A stretch of 64,000 nt of DNA from a virus, in the IMG/VR virus record IMGVR_UViG_3300027708_001637; one strand, given 5' to 3'. The notes under the pieces were generated by a model, which worked only from the letters and a program-made list of their open reading frames with translations, was not told where the DNA came from and made no database searches. This document shows, in pieces, positions 1-9,371 of the stretch (positions are counted from its first letter, which is position 1; each line of letters opens with the position of its first letter). Position numbers and translations under genes: made by a program.

Positions 1-33
1 AAACACATAACTTCTTACTAATTGCTTTGCCAT
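1..33 (-). CDS. 5' end of a virion structural gene (MAKQLVRSYVF...), runs off the window
   Basis: ATG at 33-31 preceded by AGGA right after the stop of the 1591-aa gene. The frame is open to the window edge. Only 11 codons are visible. Confidence 0.55.
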   Translation of the reverse strand, partial: MAKQLVRSYVF

Positions 34-48
34 TTTATTCTTTATCCT

Positions 49-3000
49 TTACATAGCCATTGCTACAGCCATTGCTGTAGCGTAACTTTTAACATTTACA
101 CCGCTTACTTGCAAATTGCCGGTGACATTTAATGTTCCATTTATTGTGCCACCACTACTACTTATCGCGTTGGCAATGCTCACTGAATTAAAACTAACCA
201 CACCAATTACAGTTCCATTACTTGGAATACTGCCAAATATAATGCTTGTTCCATTGGTAGCACTATATGTAGTTGGCATTTGTAGTATGCCGTTTTGAAA
301 TACCTGTACTGTTGCTGTATTATAATTGGTGGCAAATGTTGTGGTCGTTCCGTTACTAGTATACTGATTGAATATATAAGCCCGTTGGGCACTTACTGCG
401 TATCCCTGTTGACTTACCACCTGCACAACGTCGCCACTGTTTCTAGGAGTTGATAACACAATAGTACTACCATTAGCGGTATAATCGCCCGCGGTGGCAC
501 TTAAACTAATACCGTTAACAAATACTTGTTGCTGGCCAACTACATATCCGCCACTAATAGCAAATGTTGTCGAATTTGCTGAAGATATGAATGTTTGAAT
601 AGTAGTTGGCAACAGTTGAGAACCGTTGGTATAAATGTTGGCGGCATACAAATTACCGCCAATTCCTACGCCGCCTGCTACAGTAAGTGCACCAGTGAGA
701 GTACTGGTACTGCTGGCAGTGCTGGTTAAAATTATTCCGCCAGTTTTGAATGTACCATAGCTACCTTTAATAGTGCTGGTTGAATCTTCAATGCCACTGC
801 CATACCACTCTAAATATTTTGAATCATTGGCCAGCACAAGTGCAGCATTTTGATCACCGGCACTATAGTAATGGAATCGTAGACCTATATCTTTGCCATC
901 ATCTACAGTCCAAACGGTGCCAGTACTGGGATAGTGCAGTTCAAGAATGTTGTCAGTATATACAGTATTGGTTGATAATACATACGTGGTTGTGCCACTG
1001 AATGTGACACTGTTGTTGAACACTGCTGGGCCTGTTACATATAAGGACTGGCCAATTCCTACACCACCAGCCACATAAAGCGCATTGTTTTGAACACTAC
1101 CTGTGCTGGCCAATGTGCTTAATACGGTGGCGGTACCTTGAGCTTGTAAGTTTTGTACAGTTACTACTTGTGTGCCAGGATTGACCAAAAATGTACTGGT
1201 TGTGTACTCAGGCATATATACGCCAGTGGCATTATTTGCACTTACAAATACTGGGTAATATGAACCTGCAGAAATTTGTTGTGTGGTCAACACATTATTA
1301 GCATTGGTAGAAGTGCCTGCACTTAATCCACTTACTGCTTGCCAAGTTGCAGTGTTTATACCCGCAGTTAATACATAACCATTTGTACCCAAAGGAATAA
1401 ACGCCGTAGCACCAGCAGCAGTTTGCATTAGTATGCTACCTGTGGCGCCACCTGCAATGTTAGTAGCAGTTGTTGCAGTACCAGTCAATGCTCCAACAAA
1501 TGCTGTAGCTGTTACAATGCCGCCAACAAATAAACCACCGTTAATGCCAGCACCGCCTATAACTTGTAACGCACCTGAGTTAGTAGATGAGGCATTAGCA
1601 CTTCCAGTAACAATATGATTAGTTGATGTAACTGTGCCACCAACAAACAAACTGCCGCCAATACCAACACCACCAACAACTTGTAGGGCACCTGAATTGG
1701 TGCTTTGGGAATCAGTCGTATTAGTGGAGGTAAAAATACCACTTATTGTTTGACCGCCGTTGACTGCTAATTTTTCACCGTAATTGAACACGGTTGTGTT
1801 AATTCCCACACTACCAGAGAAATAGTTAGGTGCAGTACCAGACGAGTAAATGTTCCATTTGTTTACACCAGATGTAGCGGGAATTTGACTTGCAAATCCG
1901 TATACGTTTGTAGCAGTGATTGAACTTGGATCAGATGCTCTAAACCCAAAGTGGTTGGTAAAGCGTACATCAGCGGCAGCATTTCTACCAGGATTTTCGC
2001 TACTGAATCCATACCAAGATGTTACTGTGCCACTAGTTGCAGCAGCACTCATATCAATACGTGCAAACGCTCCATACATAGTTCCATATGTTGCAGTATT
2101 GGTTAGTGTTGGTAAGAACAACTGACCATAATAATTGGCAATAGTTGCAGTACTAACTGGTGCTAGAGTGTGTTGGTAATTGAACGCATAGATATTATTG
2201 GTAGTTGTTGTTCCAACCAATGTGCCAGTAGCCACAATAAATCCAGGTGTTGACTGAGTGTAGTTACCACTCATCAATATAGGATTATTTGACGTGCTGC
2301 CTAATGTTATTCCATTGTTAACTGTTGTGGTTCCTGAACCAAGCACCGGGCCGATGTTTATGTTGGTAGTGGATCCAGTAGTGCCATTAGTGCCAATGTT
2401 GACTGTTTTGGTAGAGGCTGAGGCAGTAGCACCACTAGCAATGCCCACTGCTTGAGCAGCAGTTGACTGGCCAATTGTTATGTTACCAGTGGCTGCTGTA
2501 CCACCTACACTTAACGCTCCTGATGATTGACCAGTATAGAAACTCAATGCACCAGTGCTGAGTCCCGTAAATAATGACGCAGCAGCACCACTCTGACCCA
2601 CGTTAATAGTATTGTTATATGTTGTGATATTTCTGCCAGCATAGATATCATAGTCAGTGTATAAGATATTGGTAGCACCTTTGACTCTAACTAAGCCATT
2701 TAAAATAATGTTGCTTGCAGATGTTTCTGGATTAACAAATGAGGCTTGAGTGTTGGTAGAATAACGATATATGGCTGTACTACCAACCATAAATGCATAA
2801 TTGGTTGCAGTATTGTTAATATATAGGCCCAGCATGGATCCATTTTGTAGCCCAACAAAAAATTTATCGTAGTATACTGCTGTAGTTACATCCCACGGGG
2901 TACTTAATCTATATTCTGATACGGAATCGTTAGTTGCGCCAAGAATATACATTCTTGTACCATTATTGTTAAAACTTAAACCTTGCGGACTAGTATCTTC

Positions 3001-4824
3001 AGCTGTAATATATTGTCTAGAATATACCACGGTACTGGTATTAACAACGTATGGTGTGGATAAGGTATATTGATATACCCTACGTACCGTAGTACCTATC
3101 ACATAAAAATTTCCACCAGTATTATCATAAGCACAGGCAGTAGGAGTGGCTTCAGCTGCTGGAATTCCTTGATCGCCAATGGCAAATCTTATTGAACTTA
3201 CTAGAGTGGCACTAGAAGGATCCCAAGGTGTTGCCAATGTAAAATAATAAGCCCTATCTTCACTAGCGGCGCTGCCAACAGTGGCATTGGCTACAGCAGT
3301 ATTACCAACAGTGACCATGCTGGTGCCGTCTGGGCTAAATGTAATTCCAGCAACGGCTGTATCAACTGCGGCCAGTGAGTAGGTTGTACCTGATGTAACT
3401 GATCCAGTTAATGTCCAAGGTGTGCCTAACGTCCATTGAAAAATAGCATTAGTTGATATACCAAACATTTTGGTACCATCTGGCTTAAAGAAAATGTCTT
3501 GATTAGTGACAGTTGATGTATAGGTTGACGTACTATCATATACCCAAGCTGCTACTGTATCTGAACTGGCAGAAATATTAGTTCGTTGAATATAGTGATT
3601 ACCGCTATATAAATCTCCCCCAATACCAACACCACCTACAACTTGTAACGCACCTGAGTTGGTTGAAGTTGCCGAAGTTGTCCCTGATAATGTTAATGTG
3701 TTATTATAAGTAGGAGCATTTATACCGTTACTTACTAATATATTGCCAGCAGTGCCTGTACTTACAAATGATGTTATACCTGGAGAACTTTGATAATGTA
3801 GTTGTCCAGGAGTTCCACTTGCAATATTTGATGCTGTTGTAATGCTACCAGAAAATGTTCCAGATATTGTACCACCAACAGTTAAATTACCGCCAATGCC
3901 TGCGCCGCCCGTAACAGTTAATGCACCTGTAGTAGTGCTACCAGAATTTGTGCTGGCAGCAATATTTAAAGAATTGGCAAAATAACTGTTACCAGTTACA
4001 CCAATACCGCCTTGTTGTATTACTAAAGCAGCATTTCCAGCACTGGTTGGGGCAAAGTAATTATTGACGACAGTGCCTTGATTAACTGCCGCGCTACTAT
4101 TTTGATTTAACGTTACTGTTGGAAAGAATAATAAATTTTGAGTCTGTGTATTTGCCGCAATTGCACTACTTAAAGTAACTGTTGGCACAAATGTTAATGC
4201 TGTGCCAGTTGATACGTTAGTGCTTGTATTGCTGATAGTTACTGATATGTTTGCAGTAATACCAGTAACATAAGTACCAGTAACAACTCCTGAACCTATA
4301 ACAATTTGATTAACTGCAACGTTTGTAGTTGTGCCTATGTACAAAGTATTAGTACCAATAGACGAGCCAGTAGAATTATAAGTTACTGGCAGGCCCGTAT
4401 TACTGATACTAGATACCAAAGTACCATAGGTAATACCAGTGCCACCAACACCAAAACTTGTTGACAGTCCATAAGTTGAAGTTAATGCAACTAAAGTTGA
4501 TGCTGTTGTGGCGGTATATGTTGGTTGATAAGTTGAAAATCCTGCAACAAAACTGGTTACAGTAGTGTTGGCAGCAATATTGGATCCAATGATCAAACCA
4601 CCAGTGCTTAGGTTAGCAGGAACTTGTGTCAAATATAATACTGTGCCAGCAGAGGATTGTGAATAACCAATAGTTAATGGCGCAACTAGACCTGCGATAC
4701 TGGCGGTATTGCCAACGTTTATAAGTCCAATATTAATGCCATCAGAATTTTGATAGGCCATTGTGCCCAAATCAGCGTTGCTGGGCAATTGATAAGGTTC
4801 TTGGCCTACTAACTTATATGTCAT
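49..4824 (-). CDS. Mosaic tail fibre/appendage protein (1591 aa) with an internal beta-propeller
   Basis: T/G/S/N-rich with six GALxVxGGxGIG repeats. Propeller-type blades (DIFFKPDGTKMF, GITFSPDGTSM, GLSFNNNGTRMYILG). Two C-terminal TTF...VFxNG repeats and a hydrophobic AMAVAMAM end. Confidence 0.75.
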   Translation of the reverse strand: MTYKLVGQEPYQLPSNADLGTMAYQNSDGINIGLINVGNTASIAGLVAPLTIGYSQSSAGTVLYLTQVPANLSTGGLIIGSNIAANTTVTSFVAGFSTYQPTYTATTASTLVALTSTYGLSTSFGVGGTGITYGTLVSSISNTGLPVTYNSTGSSIGTNTLYIGTTTNVAVNQIVIGSGVVTGTYVTGITANISVTISNTSTNVSTGTALTFVPTVTLSSAIAANTQTQNLLFFPTVTLNQNSSAAVNQGTVVNNYFAPTSAGNAALVIQQGGIGVTGNSYFANSLNIAASTNSGSTTTGALTVTGGAGIGGNLTVGGTISGTFSGSITTASNIASGTPGQLHYQSSPGITSFVSTGTAGNILVSNGINAPTYNNTLTLSGTTSATSTNSGALQVVGGVGIGGDLYSGNHYIQRTNISASSDTVAAWVYDSTSTYTSTVTNQDIFFKPDGTKMFGISTNAIFQWTLGTPWTLTGSVTSGTTYSLAAVDTAVAGITFSPDGTSMVTVGNTAVANATVGSAASEDRAYYFTLATPWDPSSATLVSSIRFAIGDQGIPAAEATPTACAYDNTGGNFYVIGTTVRRVYQYTLSTPYVVNTSTVVYSRQYITAEDTSPQGLSFNNNGTRMYILGATNDSVSEYRLSTPWDVTTAVYYDKFFVGLQNGSMLGLYINNTATNYAFMVGSTAIYRYSTNTQASFVNPETSASNIILNGLVRVKGATNILYTDYDIYAGRNITTYNNTINVGQSGAAASLFTGLSTGALSFYTGQSSGALSVGGTAATGNITIGQSTAAQAVGIASGATASASTKTVNIGTNGTTGSTTNINIGPVLGSGTTTVNNGITLGSTSNNPILMSGNYTQSTPGFIVATGTLVGTTTTNNIYAFNYQHTLAPVSTATIANYYGQLFLPTLTNTATYGTMYGAFARIDMSAAATSGTVTSWYGFSSENPGRNAAADVRFTNHFGFRASDPSSITATNVYGFASQIPATSGVNKWNIYSSGTAPNYFSGSVGINTTVFNYGEKLAVNGGQTISGIFTSTNTTDSQSTNSGALQVVGGVGIGGSLFVGGTVTSTNHIVTGSANASSTNSGALQVIGGAGINGGLFVGGIVTATAFVGALTGTATTATNIAGGATGSILMQTAAGATAFIPLGTNGYVLTAGINTATWQAVSGLSAGTSTNANNVLTTQQISAGSYYPVFVSANNATGVYMPEYTTSTFLVNPGTQVVTVQNLQAQGTATVLSTLASTGSVQNNALYVAGGVGIGQSLYVTGPAVFNNSVTFSGTTTYVLSTNTVYTDNILELHYPSTGTVWTVDDGKDIGLRFHYYSAGDQNAALVLANDSKYLEWYGSGIEDSTSTIKGSYGTFKTGGIILTSTASSTSTLTGALTVAGGVGIGGNLYAANIYTNGSQLLPTTIQTFISSANSTTFAISGGYVVGQQQVFVNGISLSATAGDYTANGSTIVLSTPRNSGDVVQVVSQQGYAVSAQRAYIFNQYTSNGTTTTFATNYNTATVQVFQNGILQMPTTYSATNGTSIIFGSIPSNGTVIGVVSFNSVSIANAISSSGGTINGTLNVTGNLQVSGVNVKSYATAMAVAMAM

Positions 4825-4837
4825 ATCCTATTCTCTA

Positions 4838-5152
4838 TTATGCCCAAACTCTATGTGGCGTTGCTGGAGCACTAATTAATGGTAATGCTGCCTGTTGTTG
4901 TTCTGTTAAATTACCACGTATATTGGCGTGAAAGCCTTCTATTGGATGATACTCAGGAAATGAAAATCCATTGTTGTCTAAGGTCATATTTCCTGTAGGT
5001 TTATAAATTGTACCAATGATATCCAACGCAATACCTTTTGGAACATTGAAAGTACTATTGTCAGGATTATTTACGGTCATTGCTAGATCCAAATTTAACA
5101 ATAATTCCCATAGTGTTTTTTCATCTGTTGTTTTTAAATAATAATCGTTCAT
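4838..5152 (-). CDS. Small hypothetical protein (104 aa), possible fibre assembly partner
   Basis: Clean ORF tightly packed (3-nt gap) behind the lectin-module gene, ending PATPHRVWA. Function inferred from position only. Confidence 0.6.
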   Translation of the reverse strand: MNDYYLKTTDEKTLWELLLNLDLAMTVNNPDNSTFNVPKGIALDIIGTIYKPTGNMTLDNNGFSFPEYHPIEGFHANIRGNLTEQQQAALPLISAPATPHRVWA

Positions 5153-5155
5153 ATT

Positions 5156-6463
5156 TTAACTCGTTATAGTTTGTAATTGTGCGTCTGCCAACTTTTGTGG
5201 CCAGTAGATAAATCTTTTTATGTGGCCATTAATGCCACCGTTTCCGTTGGGTAATGCACCGAGGCCCAATCTATCTAATGTAGGAAGTCCTGGAATTGAA
5301 CCACTTTGACTTACGCTTCCGTTAAATGATCCAGATATTGCAGTTTGATTATAACCAAAGGCCGCTTTAACAAGTGCTCCGCTAGCAACGTTGGCATTTA
5401 CTGCGTTTAAGTAAGCTGCGCCTCTCCATACCGCCACCTGTGTGCCGCCAGAGGCCGTGACGTATATGTACTGGATTGTGTTATTTTGATTGCTGTTAGC
5501 ATCGCAAAACGCTAGAACACGCGGATAATCTGTCTTAGCGGTGCTATAGGTGTTGTCTGCTTCAATATAAAAACTTCCCTGTGTGCCATTAAAGAAATTA
5601 TTATAACTTTGTCCAATTATTGCACAAGTTTCGTTCAGCCTAGATGCTTGCGCTGAACCAGTAGGAATGAGTGTTGTTGGAAAATAGCCAGCTTCAAATT
5701 GGGCGCCCCAAAGATACACACTGCCAGTGCCAGCACCGTAAGTTCCTATATAAAATGTTCCACCATTTGATGCTGTTGAAAATGTTCGCGTAACACTGCA
5801 TCTATACCATCCATTAGGGTATGGAGTAATGACTGAAGTGTTACCTGTAGCATTGGCAGTAATTTGTCCAGTTGCTAGATTAAATGTAGTTTGAAAATAC
5901 GAAGGACTAGTAATATAATCAGGTATTTCAAAAACCAAAGTGCTTGTGGTGCCTGCTTTACCAAATATGCTTTTTGTGTAAGTTGTTCCAGATGAAGCAA
6001 CGGCAAACGTACCATTTAAATAAGAATTTGTTGTTCCATTTGCATTGACATAAGATGCTGTTTGGTATCCGTCAGGAGATATTGCTGCATTATCGATCAC
6101 AGTATCCAACCCCCCAGATTTTCCCCAAAGGGAAAATGCCGATGAATTAGTATAAAGATTAGTACGAAATTCTTCTATTAATAATCCCTTGCATTGCCCA
6201 GTTATAGGATCATAATCAAACCTAGGTTGATTAGATGGGGAATAAGAAATATAACCATTTGCACCAACAAATGTGGCGCTACTTGCACGGGAAAAAGATA
6301 TTCTAGAATCTAATGATGTAGATCTAGTGAAGTTTAAATCAAGGGAAGGTTTGGCAGTTGTACGTGCTACACTAGTTGTCACTAAATTACTAGCCAAAGA
6401 TATGGTTGCGGTACTTTGTACCACAATGCCATTCTTGACTATAAAGTCATTCTGGTTTGCCAT
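5156..6463 (-). CDS. Virion protein with one ConA/LamG-like lectin-type module (435 aa)
   Basis: Contains FSRASSATFVG...PRFDYDP...GLLIEE.RTNL and WGAQFEAG.F.T..IPT. Paralogous to both halves of the next gene. Confidence 0.7.
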   Translation of the reverse strand: MANQNDFIVKNGIVVQSTATISLASNLVTTSVARTTAKPSLDLNFTRSTSLDSRISFSRASSATFVGANGYISYSPSNQPRFDYDPITGQCKGLLIEEFRTNLYTNSSAFSLWGKSGGLDTVIDNAAISPDGYQTASYVNANGTTNSYLNGTFAVASSGTTYTKSIFGKAGTTSTLVFEIPDYITSPSYFQTTFNLATGQITANATGNTSVITPYPNGWYRCSVTRTFSTASNGGTFYIGTYGAGTGSVYLWGAQFEAGYFPTTLIPTGSAQASRLNETCAIIGQSYNNFFNGTQGSFYIEADNTYSTAKTDYPRVLAFCDANSNQNNTIQYIYVTASGGTQVAVWRGAAYLNAVNANVASGALVKAAFGYNQTAISGSFNGSVSQSGSIPGLPTLDRLGLGALPNGNGGINGHIKRFIYWPQKLADAQLQTITS

Positions 6464-6505
6464 CTCGCTTCCCTTTCCACGTAACGGCCGTTACATTGTA
6501 TTGTT

Positions 6506-6513
6506 TATTTATA
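6506..6513 (-). promoter_or_regulatory. T4-type late promoter TATAAATA
   Basis: Exact T4 late consensus in the intergenic gap upstream of 6463. Confidence 0.75.
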
Positions 6514-9276
6514 TTAAATTACGGTAAGCGATTGTGTTACAGTGTTTGCCAACTGTTCAGGATAATATACAATTCGTCTAATGTGGCCGCACCAAGCAGC
6601 ATCGCCATTGCCTATTCTTAAGTTATCGACAAGTTTTGGCAGTATTGTGGCTGTGCCAGTTGCTGAATTTGTATAATTTAAGGACGACATTTGGTTGCCA
6701 CTACTATAAGATAGTGCAAATTTAAATGTAGTATTGGTAGTAATATTTCCAACTAGAGGTTCAAATCTTGAAACATAAGAGTCATCTGCAATTTTAGGAT
6801 ACGCAGAATTTCCTACTCGGTAAAATCCAATTTTTTGACCATATGCTTGTGATATAGACACTGGCCATCTATAAAGAACTGGGGTTTCAGATACGACCGA
6901 GGCTGCATCTGCTTCTAGGTATAATGTTCCTTGATTAATATTAACCCAACTATTAAAGTTTGGTCCACTCATTGTTGCTAGATCTAATATCCTTGTTGCG
7001 GTAGCAGATCCTGTAGGGATATAACTTGTTACAAAATTTCCTTGCTCAATTTGTGCGCCCCAAACATGAATAGTGGAAGTATTAGTTTGATCCGCTATAA
7101 AATATGCACTATAAGTACCACCCAATACGTTAGTAAATGTTGTGCTGAATCTTTGCCAATTAGAAGTCAAATTTCCAGTATAATTTATTACTGACCTTAC
7201 TGTTGTGGTTGTTGTAGAAGTATTAGAATATGCAATAGATAATATAGTTCCAGACGGCGGAACTGTTCCTGAGTCTAATCTTGCCCAAACACTGGCTGTA
7301 TAAACTGTGCTAGAAGAATAAGTAATACTCCTTGCCAGATATTCGTTGCCGCCGCTGCCATTTCCAGTGACGCTGGCAGCAGTAGAGGATCCGTCTGGTG
7401 CAATTGCTGTTCCTATGTATGTGCTGTTAACCCCATAACTCCATAAACTTGGTGTCATTTGACCAGAATAAATTGCTAAATTAGTTCGTTGTTCTTCCAT
7501 CAACAATCCCAAACAAGTACCTGTGCTGGTAGTACTGTAATCAAATCTTGGAACGTTGTTGCCGACATATTTTATATAACCATCAGGTCCAATTAATGTT
7601 GCTCCGCTGGCACGATTAAATTGTATTCTTGGATCTAATACACCACGTAAGAAATTCAAATTAAGACTAGGCTGCTGTGTTGGTCGAGTTAAGTTAGTAA
7701 TATATAATTTATCTACATCAGGCACTTCTAAATTATTACCAATAACTACACCTTGTTTAACAACAAAGTTAGCTGTAGATGCCGCACTTGTTTTAATAAT
7801 AGAAGAACTTGCAAAATCTCGATCAGCAAAAGTAGTTGTAGTAGTCAACGCTTGTATTTGGCTAGGAGACAAAGTAGCAGGCCACCATTTGATTTTTCTC
7901 ACCCAACCGTCCAAATAATAGTTGGGACCACCACCACAATTCTGATTTCCAATTAATAAAGTATTACAAGGCTGTAAAAAATTATTGTAAACTATGGTAT
8001 TGCTAGATGTTGAAATTGCGCCTGTGGTGCCAGGGACAAGGAGTCCATCAGTCATACCGTAAGTAAAATTTGAGTCCCAGGCAATAACTGACCTATAAAT
8101 TTGCCCTGCGGTTATGTAGGTGCCATTATAGGGCCAAGAATTAACGTTGGAATAGTTGCTTTGATTTCGGCCAAGGTCGGGTACAGCAGCCGCGTTAGAT
8201 GAGGCAGCATTGATGCCAATGCCATAACCATTATAGCCAGCAGCAGCAGGATTAGTGAATCCAGTAACTCCTAATAATCCAGCAAGTGTTGTAGCAGATC
8301 CTTGAATTCCCTCCATCCATTCTGCAAATAATGTTCCGTTATTTTGATTCCAAACACTAGTTATGGACTGTCCCGCTATCTTAGCATCGTCATTACTTCT
8401 AGTTACTTGAGAAGCAAAAGTTGGAATATAACTAGTACCATAATTTGCTTGCCAAGTTGTAAACTGTGCAGTTTCCACTTGAGCACCCCACGAATAAATT
8501 CCGCTAACCCCGTCACCTGCAAATACAGTATTATTACTGTTATCTACTGGCTGAAAGGCAAACACATAGCTACCTGTTGTACTACTTGACAATGCAGTAA
8601 CTGCTATTCTATACCAATTATTTGCGTAAGGCACTATTGAAATAGTAGAACTATTAAGAACGCTTATTACAGACCCTGTAGATAGATCAATAACTGCACC
8701 ATAGTTAGTATTAGAAAATGCAGTATTTCCAAAATTCACCTGTGCCCGTGAATACCCCCCAGATTTTAACCAAATTGAACCTATATAATAAGTGCTAGTT
8801 GTCCCGCTCCAGTTTTTATAAACAATCGAACTACCCAAAGTTGTTGGTTTTAAAATAAAAGTTGCAGATTGAGTGCCATCTGGAGCGACAGCAGCATTGG
8901 CAGTTGGCAAATAATTGTTAGGTGCGGCGTTCATTGCCCACTGTGTTTGATCCTGACTGTAGGAAATAAGATTTGTTCTTTGTTCTTCTATCAACAAACC
9001 TCTAATTGTTCCTGTATTAGAGGGACTGTAATCAAATCTAGGTTGATTATTACTAACATATTTTATAAAACCATCTGACCCAACATAGGTAGCACCACTT
9101 GCTCGAGTAAATGATATTCTAGAATCTAATTGACCGTTTAAGAAATTTAAATTTAAAGTAGGTTGGCTGGCATTATCGTAAGATATTGTTTGAATATTTT
9201 CCAATGTACTAATAGTCGCAGTGTTTCTCACCACAATACTGTTTTTGACTTTGAAGTCCGTTTGATATGTTGTCAT
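6514..9276 (-). CDS. Virion protein with two tandem ConA/LamG-like modules (920 aa)
   Basis: Two copies of the F.VK...V / P.LNLNFL.G.LD.RI.F.RASGAT / PRFDYS / GLL.EEQRTNL / WGAQ.E module. Confidence 0.7.
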   Translation of the reverse strand: MTTYQTDFKVKNSIVVRNTATISTLENIQTISYDNASQPTLNLNFLNGQLDSRISFTRASGATYVGSDGFIKYVSNNQPRFDYSPSNTGTIRGLLIEEQRTNLISYSQDQTQWAMNAAPNNYLPTANAAVAPDGTQSATFILKPTTLGSSIVYKNWSGTTSTYYIGSIWLKSGGYSRAQVNFGNTAFSNTNYGAVIDLSTGSVISVLNSSTISIVPYANNWYRIAVTALSSSTTGSYVFAFQPVDNSNNTVFAGDGVSGIYSWGAQVETAQFTTWQANYGTSYIPTFASQVTRSNDDAKIAGQSITSVWNQNNGTLFAEWMEGIQGSATTLAGLLGVTGFTNPAAAGYNGYGIGINAASSNAAAVPDLGRNQSNYSNVNSWPYNGTYITAGQIYRSVIAWDSNFTYGMTDGLLVPGTTGAISTSSNTIVYNNFLQPCNTLLIGNQNCGGGPNYYLDGWVRKIKWWPATLSPSQIQALTTTTTFADRDFASSSIIKTSAASTANFVVKQGVVIGNNLEVPDVDKLYITNLTRPTQQPSLNLNFLRGVLDPRIQFNRASGATLIGPDGYIKYVGNNVPRFDYSTTSTGTCLGLLMEEQRTNLAIYSGQMTPSLWSYGVNSTYIGTAIAPDGSSTAASVTGNGSGGNEYLARSITYSSSTVYTASVWARLDSGTVPPSGTILSIAYSNTSTTTTTVRSVINYTGNLTSNWQRFSTTFTNVLGGTYSAYFIADQTNTSTIHVWGAQIEQGNFVTSYIPTGSATATRILDLATMSGPNFNSWVNINQGTLYLEADAASVVSETPVLYRWPVSISQAYGQKIGFYRVGNSAYPKIADDSYVSRFEPLVGNITTNTTFKFALSYSSGNQMSSLNYTNSATGTATILPKLVDNLRIGNGDAAWCGHIRRIVYYPEQLANTVTQSLTVI

Positions 9277-9303
9277 TGGATATTATTTGTTTTACCTGTT
9301 GAA

Positions 9304-9311
9304 TATTTATT
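9304..9311 (-). promoter_or_regulatory. Late promoter AATAAATA
   Basis: TAAATA box between the terminator and the ATG at 9276. Confidence 0.65.
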
Positions 9312-9329
9312 CGTTTAAAAGACACCGTT

Positions 9330-9355
9330 AAAAAAGGGGCACCTAGCCCCTTTTT
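9330..9355 (-). terminator. Intrinsic terminator
   Basis: GGGGC-TAGGT-GCCCC stem followed by T6 on the minus strand, just after the 1250-aa gene. A-tract on the other side, so possibly bidirectional. Confidence 0.85.
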
Positions 9356-9371
9356 GTTGAATAACTTTACG

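Noticed and set aside
5156-9276. Diversity-generating retroelement (TR/VR) among the lectin paralogues
   Set aside because: No reverse transcriptase in the window and no near-identical pair differing only at adenines was seen. The copies are anciently diverged.
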